Assembly: GCA_964016885.1 (NCBI GenBank)
Contig: OZ024740.1
Location: 104,098,001 to 104,162,000, forward strand
Direction of reading: 5' to 3'
DNA from: Eledone cirrhosa
Taxonomy: Eukaryota
DNA: 64,000 nucleotides
In this document: positions 24,291 through 35,927 of the stretch, piece by piece
Layout: the number at the start of each line of letters is the position of its first letter
How positions within the stretch are numbered: position 1 is the stretch's first letter
The notes under the pieces: generated by a model
Told to the model about the DNA's origin: nothing
The model's database searches: none
The model's input: the letters and a program-made list of their open reading frames with translations, nothing else
Position numbers and translations under genes: made by a program

Positions 24291-24973
24291 CCTTTTCTTT
24301 TTCTCCTTTTCATTTTCTTTTTTTTTCTTCCCTTTCTGTTCCCTTTAATAGTGTGTTTTGTACTTGTACTTTACATTGATTAATAACTAGTTTGTCATTT
24401 GTCAAAAAATAAAAAAGGAGACGACTAGAAACTACAAGAAGTGAGATGTAGTGGTGAGGTTTGACGTTGTTAGAAAAATTATGAAGGACCACAATAAATA
24501 GTAAGACTTAGTGCTTGAGCAAACCTGTCCAACTTAGGTTACCATGGGGAAATAGGCATAAAATGTTGCTGATGATAATGATAATAATGGTGATGGTGAT
24601 GATGACGATAAGGATGATGATAATGACTAGCTAAAAGGAATAAATTTTATTGTTATAATGCTTACGAACCAACCAGAATTTTCTATCTATTATTTATGTA
24701 CATTGATGTTTCATTACTTTGTTGTAGTAGTTATTATGGATTTCAATACAAGATTCAATATGTTTTCAGTTTAAGTTATTTAATGCGTTTAGTTTAACAT
24801 GTTGAAGAAATAAAAAGTCATCATAGTTGACCTCCTCATGGATTTGACAGAATTCCTGTTGTCAAAACTGTTTGTCCATCCATCCTCCTCCCCCTTCTCT
24901 CACCCTTTTTCATTGCATAATTCTTTTTCTCTTTTCTTTTTGTTTAATTTAAATATCATTATTTTTTAATTGT

Positions 24974-25158
24974 GGATTGGCAGTATCAGTAGAGGGTCGG
25001 ACGCCGTGCTTTGCAGCACAGTTACATCCCTTTATGGACTAGGTTCAAATCCTGCCGAGGTTAACTTTGCCTTTCATCCTTTCGGGGTTGATAAAATAAA
25101 GTACCAGTAATACACTGGGATAATTGCTGGCCTTGTGCCAAAAAGTAGAAACAATTAT
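24974..25158 (+). mobile_element. tRNA-derived SINE family 2 (Meta-domain-like core), short form, with 16-bp TSD
   Basis: A-box-like TGGCAGTATCAGTAG, B-box GGTTCAAATCC, core GCCTTTCATCCTTTCGGGGTTGATAAAATAAAGTACCAG. TSD ATTATTTTTTAATTGT at 24958-24973 and 25154-25169. Confidence 0.88.
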
Positions 25159-25389
25159 TTTTTAATTGTAAACATTATTATATTATAGTTAACATCAATA
25201 AATACATTTACAGTATTTCATTCTTAGATGAGAAAAATAACTTTTCACAAAAATATGATATGAATAAGAGGATTAGTTAAACACTGAATGTAATGTTGTA
25301 ATAAACTCCATTATTATGGTTTAGGTATATATTTAGTTTACTGAGTCGTAGGGAAATTAAAAGATTGCAACTATTATTAACTCAATTAG

Positions 25390-25612
25390 AGGGCAGTGGA
25401 TTGGCAGAATTGGTAGAGCGTCGGACAACATGCTTTACAGCATATAGTTATGTCATTTTACATTCTGAGTTCAAATCCTGCTGAGGGTAGATTTGCCTTC
25501 CCCCTCACAGGGTCGATAAAATAAAGTACCAGTAATGCACTGGGGTTGATTTAACCGACTTTCTACTTCTCCAAAATTATTGGCCTTGTACCTAAATCAG
25601 AAACCATTATTA
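25390..25612 (+). mobile_element. SINE family 2, long form, with TSD
   Basis: Same head and core plus an extra GGGGTTGATTTAACCGACT segment. Flanked by TTATTAACTCAATTA / TTATTATCTCAATTA. Confidence 0.85.
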
Positions 25613-25687
25613 TCTCAATTACTCTTAGAATATGTTCCCAACTACAAATTCTATTCAGATTTTTACAGAATGTTTATATATATATAT

Positions 25688-26028
25688 GGAGGCACATGGC
25701 TTAGTGGTTAGAGCATTGGCCTTGCAATTGAAAGGTTGTGAGTTCAATTCTCAGACCGGGTTATGTGTTGCTTCCTTGAGCAAGATACTTTATTTCACAT
25801 TGCTCCAGTTTACTCAGCTGTAGAAATGAGATGATAGGGACTGGGGTCCCTATCATTCCACTGCAAAGTGGTCATGTAGGTGCCACGGAAAAAAGCACCC
25901 AGCACTCACTGTAAATGAGGTTGGTGTTAGGAAAGGCTTCCAGCTGTAGAAATCAAGCCAGAATCAGTTCCCGTCGCACCCTTGCTAGCAGGGAAAAATA
26001 GACGTAAAATGATGATGATGATGATGAT
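25688..26028 (+). mobile_element. tRNA-derived CORE-like SINE family 1 with RTE-type 3' tail
   Basis: A-box TGGCTTAGTGG, B-box GAGTTCAATTC, CORE-like TCCTTGAGCAAGATACTT, tail CACCCTTGCTAGCAGGGAAAAATAGACGTAAAA(TGA)n. Six copies in the window. Confidence 0.92.
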
Positions 26029-26388
26029 ATATGTGTGTGTGTGTGTATGTGTATGTGTATGATGTATCATCATCCTCACCATCATTTAATGCGGTTTTTT
26101 TCCTGTCAGCAAATCAATTACTACTGACCTCTCAGAGAAACTACTGACCTCTCAGAGGAGTCTGAAGCTGCACCTCACATATGTTCCTGCCTTCTACAGA
26201 GTGAAGCAAGTGCATTTTATCATGACACAAACACTAAGGAAATTGACATGTCTCTGACACAACTAAAGAGTGCTCTCATTTTATTATGTCACCAACGCAC
26301 ATCCATTCATAGCTTTGCACAAACAAACAGACCAACACACAACATGCATGCATACACACAGACACACAGACACACACACAACATGCAT

Positions 26389-26450
<62 letters not shown>

Positions 26451-26458
26451 ACACACAT
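26389..26458. repeat. (CA)n microsatellite
   Basis: Direct reading. Confidence 0.95.
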
Positions 26459-26529
26459 AGCCACTCAGAATATACAAGATTTATCTCCCTTCCGAAACCT
26501 CTCTAGTATCTAAGACTTGTATTTCACTC

Positions 26530-26698
26530 AAATGGCTTTCTCTCCCAAAAATGTTTTCTGTTTCTTCCTCTTCTCACTCCCTATCTTTTTATTTCTTCTT
26601 TTATTTCTCATTCTATCTTTTGATGAAGGACTAGTGTCTGAAATATTTATTCACTTTTCCTACTATATCAAGCATTAAACTAATATATATTTTCATTG
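26530..26698 (+). repeat. Dispersed repeat (second copy at 43841-44022) with degenerate hammerhead-like motif; interrupted by the RTE LINE
   Basis: Shared text TTATTTCTCATTCTATCTTTTGATGAAGGACTA...ACTATATC.AG..TTAAACTAATAT. An apparent continuation TTGTTGTTTCTG lies at ~28070, after the LINE tail. Confidence 0.6.
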
Positions 26699-28057
26699 TA
26701 CTGCTCTGTTCTTAGCCCTCTCCTGTTCATCATAGTCCTGCAGGCAATAACGGAGGAGTTTAAGACCGGATGCCCATGGGAACTCCTGTATGCTGATGAC
26801 CTCGCACTCATAGCTGAATCTATGGTAGAACTAGAGAATAAATTCCAAACCTGGAAGCAGGGACTAGAGAGAAAGGGCCTCAAAGTCAACATGACAAAGA
26901 CTAAGGTCCTTGTAAGTAGACGAGAAAACAGAACCTAGATCCCCTCAGGGAAATGGCCTTGCTCAGTATGTAGGAAAGGTGTAGGTAGGAACTCCATTCT
27001 CTGCCCCAAATGCAAACAATGGGTACACAAGAGATGTAGCGGGATCTCAGGAAGCTTAATTAAGAATGTAGGATTCACATGCAGCAGCTGTGCTGAAACA
27101 GCAAGCAGCAAACAGCCACAGGAAACAAGTACCACCAATCTCTGGGAGGGCCCTGTAGAAACAGTAGACAGCTTCTGCTACCTAGGTGACTGAATTAGCA
27201 ACGGAGGTGGGTGCTCAGAAAGTACAATAACTAGGGTAAGAACGGGATGGAAGAAGTTTAGGGAACTACTACCACTGCTAGCTGCAAAAGGCTTCTCCCT
27301 CAGAATGAAAGGCAGACTGTATGATGCGTGTATCCGAACAGTGATGTTGCATGGTAGTGAGACCTGGGCGCTGAAGGTGGAAGACTTACGTAGATTAGAG
27401 AGAAACGAAGCCTGCATGCTCCGATGGATGTGTAACAGTAATATACGTGAACGACAAAGCATAAAGGAATTGAGAGAGAGACTGAGCATAAGAGGAATCA
27501 AATGCTGCGTGCAGGAGAGGCGGTTATGCTGGTATGGACATGTGATGCGTATGAAGGATGACAGCTGCATAAAAAGGTGCAGAGCACTAGAAGTTGATGG
27601 AAACCGCGGAGTGGGGAGACCCAAGATGACTTGGGATGAGGTGATAAAAGCCGACCTTACCCAACTACACCTCTCAAAGACAATGACACACGACCGTGAC
27701 TTCTGGCGTCACGCAGTAATACAGGGTACCCGACCTCCCATGGGTACATGCTGAAGCATATAAACAATATGCCCCCACTCCCCCCACCGCAAGGTGGTCG
27801 TGGAGGTGCCACGGCAAAAAAGCACCCAGCCCACACTGTAAAGTGGACGTGTAGGCGCCACGAAAAAGCACCCAGCACTCACTGTAAATGAGGTTGGTGT
27901 TAGGAAGGGCATCCAGCTGTAGAAATCAAGCCAGATCAGTTCCTGTATGAGCAAGGCATGGTCAGCCGACCAGACACTGCCCACAACAGGACAACCCGTC
28001 TAACCCATGCTAGCGTGGAAGAACGGACGTAAAACGGTGATGATGATGATGATGATG
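26697..28057 (+). mobile_element. 5'-truncated RTE-clade LINE (RT end, PHD-like finger, C-terminus, 3'UTR, (GAT)n tail); in-frame stops
   Basis: ORF pieces SVLSPLLFIIV..LLYADDL..GLKVNMTKTK and KGRLYDACIRTVMLHGSETW..RLCWYGHVMR..GRPKMTW. The 3' end is GGACGTAAAACGG(TGA)n. Confidence 0.95.
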
Positions 28058-28109
28058 CGTTCTCTAATTTGTTGTTTCTGCTTACGTTTTGCACACATGT
28101 GTGCGTGCA

Positions 28110-28112
<3 letters not shown>

Positions 28113-28160
<48 letters not shown>
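28113..28160. repeat. (GT)n microsatellite
   Basis: Direct reading. Confidence 0.95.
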
Positions 28161-28162
<2 letters not shown>

Positions 28163-28399
28163 GCAAATTTGCTTTGCAAATATCTGGTTCTTGATTTGAT
28201 TTCATTGCACAGTCCCTTAAGCAATTGATTATAATGACCACTTCCTTTTCATACTGATCATCATTTTGAGTGAAATTCAGTTGGGAAACCCATCAAATGC
28301 ATGTATGTATGTATAATATATTAATTTATATATATATAAATATAACTTTGATAGGTTTCAGCCAGTATTGCTATGAGATGTGAGTTTTGTTTTTGTAGT

Positions 28400-29130
28400 G
28401 GGCAGTTAGCACAGGGTCCAAGGCTTAGGTGGATTTTAAAGGTGATACCAACACCATTTGGGTAATATCGATGGAATATTTTCCACATCACACAGATGAT
28501 GTAGTGCTTATGGCGGTATTAAAGAGAGTAGATTTTGAGCTTTTCTGGTCAACCCCCAATAGCCAAGGCCTGTCATACTGTCTATCTTTTTTTATAATTG
28601 ATCCTTGGGTGCTTCAATTTTCATAATACTTTGTTTCATGTGAAGAGACCACAGAGGACAACAGTATTCAAATGTAAAGTAGAGTAGGAGGTTGGTGTGA
28701 ATTTCTGTAGACTGGAATGTTCTAAGAATCCAGGAAACATCCTGAAGGCCATGTCAACTTTGGTGTTTATATGAGTAATCCAGTTAAAGGTGCTATCAAA
28801 AATTACTCCCAGGTCTCTGGTGTTATTGGATGCCATGAGTATTTCACCCGAGGGAAGAGAATATGGTCACTTCAATGTGTCCTCTTTTCGAAAGTGGATT
28901 AATTGAAATTTATCCTCGTTTAGAAGTATTTTTTTTCACCCATTGGATAACAGTGAGCAGATCTGATTGAAGGCATGTCCGATCTCCCACTTTGTTCATG
29001 ACTTTCTGGAGCTTGAAATCATCTGCAAAAATTGCTGTGCTTGATGACATCTATAATGTCATTCATGTAGATAACGAAAAGAACACAGTGCCTTGTGGGA
29101 CTCGACTACTGACTTTGGCTGAATTTGATC
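28400..29130 (-). pseudogene. Decayed CR1/L2-like LINE RT fragment
   Basis: Minus-strand motifs SRVPQGTV (~29085-29108), IFADDFKL (~29010-29031) and RDLGVIFDSTFNWITHINTKV (ORF 28636-28836). Confidence 0.8.
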
Positions 29131-29184
29131 ATATTTTCATATTTTCCAAGCATGGAAAATGGATGTTAGATGATGATGATGATG

Positions 29185-29215
<31 letters not shown>

Positions 29216-29529
29216 CATATATTTATACATATATGCTGTGTGTGTGGTTAGTGATAGAAAGGGTATCCAGCAGTATTCGATTACAAAGTTGGTTAGGTTT
29301 TCTCTGTTTCTATTTGCAGCAGATGATAAAGAACTATGATATGTGACAAAACTATGAATGAGAAGATCCATTCAACCCATATTAGTATAGAAAAAGAGGA
29401 CATAAAAAGATGAGAATATCTGTTGGCATCATCACCAACAAACCTATACCACTGAGATGTGTAAATCCACTAACACTATGAATTGTGTGTAAGCCTTAAA
29501 ATACATTAGTTGCAGTGTAAATCTAATGT

Positions 29530-29715
29530 GATATCATTACCACCATGGCCATCATTACTTTCCCCACCACCATCAACACCATCACCACACACTATCCCCC
29601 CCCCCCCACTACTACCATCACTATTATTGCTGCCACCACCACCATCATTACCACATGCTACCCCACCAGCTCCACCACCAGCACCATCACCACAACCACC
29701 AGCATCATCACCAGC
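29530..29715. repeat. Degenerate (CAC/CAT)n low-complexity tract
   Basis: Trinucleotide composition; the Pro/Thr-rich ORFs here are by-products. Confidence 0.85.
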
Positions 29716-30231
29716 ATGTGTTATATTATGACTCTGAGCTGCATACTTAATTCTACATTATCTCAGTTCACCTAGTTATCAGAAATAACTGCTAGATCCC
29801 CACCGCCCAAATAAAAACAAAAACAAACCAGTAATAGAGTATTGTCTCTTCTTTAATTCAATGTTGCATAAAACCAGGGTTAAGTATCATCACCTTTGAT
29901 CGCTAAACTTAATGATAAGCTTCACTTCTTCCATGGCAACTTTAGGCTCCACATCAAGTAACATATGCTAATCTACATCAGCTTTTACCAATCCATACCT
30001 GTGTTTTAATAACTTAGGACTACAATTTTATTTTATTTTGTTTTTGGCAGCTAGTGAGATGGTTGGTGAGTGAAATCTAAGAATGATTCACAGTTGCCAT
30101 GACAGTTGAATCTCATTGGTTATTCATTGCAAGATAGTATATTCAGTAAGTACATGTGAGGTCAATTCCCATTAGGTATCAACTTTGGAAATCTTTTTCA
30201 TCTATCCATTATATACACACACATATATATA

Positions 30232-30810
30232 ATGCTGTATGGAAGTGCAGAGGACCTTCGAAGATTGGAAAGAAATAAAGCTTGCATGCTCCAATGGATG
30301 TGTAATAGTAGTGTGCATGAACAACAATGCATCAATAAACTGAGAGAGAAACTGGGCACAAGAGGGATCAGATACAGTGTACAGGAGAGGAAATTACAGT
30401 GGTTTGCACTTGTGATGCATATGGCGAATGACAGCTGTATAAAAAAGTTCATGGAAGCTATGGAGTAGGAAAACCTAGGAAGATTTGGGATCAGATGCAG
30501 TGTTCAGGAGAGGAGATTGTGTTGGTATGGATATGAGATAAAAGCTGATCTTGCATAATCGAACTTCTCAAGAGCAATGACGCAGGACCGAGATCGCTGG
30601 CATTATGCAATAATTCAGAAGACCCACCTTCCCATGTGCACAGGTTGAAGCATACATTTATTATGCATGACCTTCCCCTTCCATACACCTCCCACGTCCT
30701 AAGACCTCAACTCTCATTCATGTCCCTAGATCTACCTCACCAATTCCCCACACATCCCCCACCCAAGCCCCCAGTCCACACCGTAAAGTGGTTGTTTTGA
30801 TGCTATGACA
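30232..30810 (+). mobile_element. Decayed RTE LINE 3' fragment
   Basis: MLYGSAEDLRRLERNKACMLQWMCN..QERKLQWFALVMHM.. followed by a 3'UTR start (CCCATGTGCACAGGTTGAAGCATA) like 27740-27760. Confidence 0.88.
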
Positions 30811-31394
30811 AAAAGATTTATGCTTTGCAGTTTATGTATATTACTATTATACATCCATCAAAGCACTGAAGCTTCATTTCTTTCCCATCTTTGCAGGTCC
30901 TCTGCTTTTTACCCTATAGATGAATTTGTTCTTTATATTTTCAGATCATACATATGCATTGAGCTTTAAATTTTCTTGGCAATTCTCTACTAAATTGATT
31001 TCACAACTTATTAAATATATATAGTAGTTTCACTGAGACATCCCTTCATCTCACCACTTGTACACAGCATACATCTACTTCTCTCCTTTCTAACAGCTCT
31101 ACAATTTCACCTGATTTATTTTTCAGGGTGCTAACATTGAGAGTGGCAGGTCTGAGATGTGTAACTTGTTAGTTCCTTGAGTAACAGTTCTTTGTACCTT
31201 GGAAGGATATATATTTCAAAATAATACTAAGCGTGAATGGGTATATATACCCATAAAATACATGTTTCCTTGTGGTTGATTAAATGATCTGATGAGGGTC
31301 CAATAGAATCTGGAAACTGATTAAAGATGTTTATCATTTTTTCAATTTACAGGGAAATTTATATTTTTGGCATGTTTACATGCCTACATATTAG

Positions 31395-31739
31395 ATCATC
31401 ATCATCATCATCATTTTACGTCCGCTTTTCCCTGCTTGCAAGGGTGGGACGGGAACTGATTCTGGCTTGATTTCTACAGCTGGATGCCCTTCCTAACACC
31501 AACCTCATTTACAGTGAGTGCTGGGTGCTTTTTTGCCGTGGCACCTCCACGACCACTTTGCAGTGGAATGATAGGGACCCCAGTCCCTATCATCTCATTT
31601 CTACAGCTGAGTAAACTGGAGCAATGTGAAATAAAGTGTCTTGCTCAAGGAAACACCACATCACCTGGTCTGAGAATTGAACTCACCACAACCTTTCGAT
31701 TGCAAGGCCAATGCTCTAACCACTAAGCCATGTGCCTCC
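31395..31739 (-). mobile_element. CORE-like SINE family 1
   Basis: Full-length reverse complement of 25688-26028. Confidence 0.93.
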
Positions 31740-32259
31740 AAGACTACACCAACATGTATTTATACATGTTGGTGTAGTCTTGGTTACACCACTGTATTTA
31801 TACAGATATAACTTTAAACATTTTTTTTTATTTAATATATATATATACATGCATGTGTGTGCTTGTACAGACACACACATACACACACACATAAATATAT
31901 ATATATATCATGTTAGCATGGAAAAACGGACGTTAAACAGTGATGATAATAATGAGGATATATATATATATATTCATTCATTGTATCTAATGAACAATAT
32001 ATATACTCACTGTACTTCCATTAAAGTACCTGTAAATAGGTGTCATATATAGTGTGAAATAGTTTACCACTGTAGTAAGCTGTGTCAAATTGACCTTGTA
32101 GAGATAACAATTCCCAGTACCCAGTGGGATTTTACTATGTCTTCTGGACAAGAGCTAAAACACTGGCTCATTCTCAATTTTATTCCTACCTCTCAACTGT
32201 GGATTAAAAATTGAAAGCTGGAGATTATTACTAATACTCATTTCTTCAAGCCTATTCAA

Positions 32260-32476
32260 ATTTAACTCCTGAAACTACCTCATGTTTTTATGATATACAA
32301 CTGTTGGTTTTAAAATGTTTATATTTGTCTAAAAATTCCATCATAATTGTATTTAAGAATGTTTGTTAAGTTATGATCCAAACACAGTTTTAAATCCCTC
32401 TAAATTCTTGATTACTTTCAAATATAGTTGGAAATCATAGGCAGTGATTTTCATTATATTGTAACGAAAGCGTTAA
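32260..32476 (+). mobile_element. TTAA-type (piggyBac-like) MITE, decayed/partial
   Basis: Ends GTAACGAAAGCGTTAA; the internal sequence is homologous to 35928-38040 and 33660-34015. Confidence 0.6.
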
Positions 32477-32639
32477 ACATAAAATGAAGTATTTAATCCC
32501 ATGCTCTTTTGTTTTGTAAACTCCATCTAATTATTTTCTTATAGTACATATGTGTCAGGTACAAGACCAGTTGTGGAAGAGAGGGTGCATACTATAGTTG
32601 TTTAACAATGTTTATCTTACCAAACACAAACCCCTGTTT

Positions 32640-32841
32640 TATGAGGGTCACCTGAAAAGTTCATGAGCTGAGTATGAAAGAGTGATGCTACAGCTGTGAA
32701 GTCGTGCATACATTAATAACTACTAACTTATTAATAACTACATTGTTTCTTTCCAGGGGCTATGTTGAAAAATAAACCTCATTTGGTCATTCCATCAGAG
32801 TATAACTTGGTCAAACTATGAACTTTTCAGTCGGCCCTCAT
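32640..32841. mobile_element. Tc1/mariner-type MITE (~200 bp) with TA termini
   Basis: Left TATGAGGGTCACCTGAAAAGTTCAT; right ATGAACTTTTCAGTCGGCCCTCATA (inverted). Partial copies at 23367, 33215-33273 and 59640-59722. Confidence 0.82.
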
Positions 32842-32917
32842 AAATCTCATTAAAAGAAAATTATTTCAAGGCAATGCTCTCTTTCCTGTCTGTCTTTAAC
32901 ACCTTTAACCAACATAA

Positions 32918-33102
32918 TAATTGTTTCTACTTTTGGTACAAGGCCAGCAATTACCCCAGTGCATTACTGGTGCTTTATTTTATTGAGCCTGTAAGGATGA
33001 ATGACAAAGTTAACCTCGGCAGAATTTGAATTCAGAACGCAAAGGGCCATAACTCTGTGCTGCAAAGCATGGTGTCTGATGCTCTACCGATACTGCCAAT
33101 CC
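32918..33102 (-). mobile_element. SINE family 2 (Meta-like), short form
   Basis: Reverse complement of 24974-25158. Confidence 0.88.
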
Positions 33103-33659
33103 ATTGAGAATTTAGAGGAATTTAGTAATATAAATAACTTTCTTGTTATTAAGCTGATATTTAGCCAACATAATAATCTAGAGAGGTCATGACGATAAAT
33201 GATCTTGGGTATATATTTGGTCATTCTATGAGAGTATCTTTATCAACCTATGAACTTTTCAGCTAACCCTTATACATGAGAGGAGGCAGGACAGTGAATA
33301 TCTGATATCTCCATCTCTATACTCAACTTACCAATATTTCCAGAAACTAAAAGAATGTTAAACAGAATATTTTAGAGTATTTGATCCTACTTATTTAGGA
33401 TCAGCTTCACCTTTCACTCCACCTTGATGGATGTTGTGGAAGTCAATAAAATAAGTACCAGTAATATACCATGGTTAATTCAGACCTGTTGCTTGAAAGG
33501 GGTGGAGCTTCAGAACGTACTGGATGATCACTCTAATTCGCAATAATTCTAAAGAAGAGTTTAGGAATAAGCATATCACTGTAAATCTAAAGGGGGCACC
33601 ATTGAAAAGTAGGGTATGCAGTGGCATCCAGTGTCCCATAGTGATAGACCCAGGTTGAT

Positions 33660-34015
33660 TTAACACTTTTGTTACCATATTTCTAATGAAAATCACTACC
33701 TATGGTTTTCAAACCATTTAAAAACAATCAAGAATTTAGAGGGATTTAATTGTTTTGTTATTAAGCTATTTGGAACATAACTTAACAAAGGTTCTCATAT
33801 AAAATTATGATAAAAAGGTTTTTATATAAATATAAACACTTTAGAACAAACAGGTTTGTATTGAAAAACTATGGGCTTTTGGAACATGACTCATCAAAGG
33901 TTCTTACATAAAATTATGATTAGAGGTTTTAGATAAATATAAACATATTAATACAAATCTGTTTGTATTGAGGAATTAGGGGTGGTCTAAGGAAGTTTAG
34001 TATCAAAAGGGTTAA
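33660..34015 (-). mobile_element. TTAA-type MITE
   Basis: TTAACACTTTTGTTACC ... GTATCAAAAGGGTTAA inverted termini with TTAA; internal ~90-bp duplication. Confidence 0.75.
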
Positions 34016-34265
34016 TCAATTATATCCCGACAAAAATTAGTTGTGTGCTTCCAAAAGAAGTCAATATTTAATTTGTCTGGCCACAGGATACCAGTCAAAG
34101 AAGGACAGATGAAGATATCAGGAATCAAGTCAGTGAGTATCATATGTCCTAACATTTGACCACTCACACCAGATTCAAGGAACTCAGCAGTGTGAGATAG
34201 GAAATCAATTTTCATTGGAGGATGAGGCAAATACACAGACACACAACCATTTATTAGTTGTCAAG

Positions 34266-34535
34266 GGTGGTGGTGGTGGTGGTGGCAGTAGTAGAGTTAG
34301 GGGGTAGTAGTTGTGGTATTAGTGATGGTGGCAATGATGGTGATGATGATTATGGTGGCAGCTTTGGCAGTGGTGGTGACAATAATGGTAGAGATGGGGA
34401 GAGTGATTGCAGTGTTAATGATGGTGGCAATGATGAAGTTGATAATGATTATGGTGGTAGTGGGGATACTGCTAGTAATAATGGTGGTGGTTGTGGTGGT
34501 CATGGCTATGGTGGAGGTGGTTATGGTAGTGGTGT
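34266..34535. repeat. Degenerate (GGT/GAT)n low-complexity tract
   Basis: Direct reading. Confidence 0.85.
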
Positions 34536-34841
34536 ACATATGTTGACAATAAGCAAACAAACAAAAATTATTCAAGGAAAGATAATGCATGCAGATATGA
34601 CACAATGATAGTTGAAATAGAGAGAAGTTGTTTGAAATCATCAAGTGAGGCAGACATGAACCAATCAACAGAGTTATCACAATATAACACTATAGGTGAC
34701 AGTAAATAGTGGTTAGTTATTGGAAATGGATAAAACCTACAGAAAAATATAGATAATCAAAGAAAGAAAGGTGGTGGAGAGTGTGTGGTTAATACAGCAT
34801 TTATGGAATATCATTATATTAATAACACAGTTACTATGTTA

Positions 34842-35503
34842 TTAACCCTTTTGATAACAACCTACCCAAAACCGCTTCTGACTCTATGAAACAAAATCAC
34901 CCATTTTAAAGGGTTCCTATTTAAATTTAAATATTCCAACATAATTTTATATAAGAACTATATGTTAAATTACTATCTTAGGAATGAAATAATTAATAAT
35001 TTTAATACTTTTCATACCAACCTACCCAAATCTGTCTCTGATTCTTCAAAAGAAAATCATCCATTTTAAAGGGTTTCTATTTAAATTGAAATCTAACTTA
35101 ATTTAATATAAGAAGCTTTTGTTAAGTTATGTTATAAATACCATCTCAATAATGAAATAATAATTTTAGTAAATTCTTAAAATTCTTCTGTTCTTCACCC
35201 ACATATTCCCGAGAGGGTCATGGGAGCAGAGTCCTCAAACACTCCTTCCAGCAGGTCTTGTCAGAAGCAAGCATCTCCTATTTATCAAGTTGGATCCCCA
35301 AGTGAGGCCAGCCGAGATCATGGATGTTATCCAACTATCTTGCTCAGGGACTACTGTTGAATCTCTTATCAGTTGGTTTTGCTTGTAAAATCTGTCCAGT
35401 GTTTCTTTCCTGAGACATTCTAATCACATGTCTATTTAAAATTCTTCATTAATTAATTGAAATACATTGTGTTTAATTAAACATATAGTAATGAAATGGT
35501 TAA
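34842..35503 (+). mobile_element. TTAA-type MITE interrupted by a short LINE 3' end
   Basis: TTAACCCTTTTGATAAC ... GTAATGAAATGGTTAA; internal ~165-bp duplication. Confidence 0.72.
35189..35435 (-). mobile_element. Short 3' fragment of a (GAA)n-tailed RTE-like LINE with 12-bp TSD
   Basis: Homologous to 36126-36380. TSD TTAAAATTCTTC at 35177-35188 and 35436-35447. Confidence 0.82.
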
Positions 35504-35927
35504 TATAAACCAGTAAAGTAGACCCATCACTGGAAAGGGAAGCATTAGATAGCATTGCACCTGTATTTTTCAATGGCTGACCCTCAGGTTTAGAAAGAAT
35601 TATGGTGGTATGCTTGTTCCAAACTCTGTGAAGAATCAGAATGTCTACTCAGAATATTTGGAGGCCTCTTCAAGCCTCAAAGCCTGGTGATAGGCCTTCA
35701 GTGAACTATATCAGGTCAGCCCAGAATATTTCAAAGCCTCCCCAAGACCAAAGACTAGTGACATGTTTCAGTGAACTACATCGGGTAGTAGAGTGGTGAA
35801 TTGAAAGAGTGGTAGGGACAAAGTATCATGCAATATTTAATTATGCTCATTTACATTCTGAGTTCAAATGCCATCTTTGCGAGGTTGACCAGTCAAGTAC
35901 TGGAGCCAATATAATTCAGTATTTCCC

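Noticed and set aside
25688-25760. Functional tRNA genes at SINE heads
   Set aside because: A and B boxes are present, but there is no intact acceptor stem and each continues into the SINE body and LINE tail.
31484-31726. Recurrent short ORF MPFLTPTSFTVSAGCFF... (also at 39679 and others)
   Set aside because: Antisense reading of SINE family 1; recurrence reflects copy number, not a gene family.
34258-34608. Gly/Asp-rich 116-aa ORF, and similar Pro/Thr, His/Thr, Tyr/Ile and poly-Met/Val ORFs elsewhere
   Set aside because: They are translations of di- and trinucleotide microsatellites.
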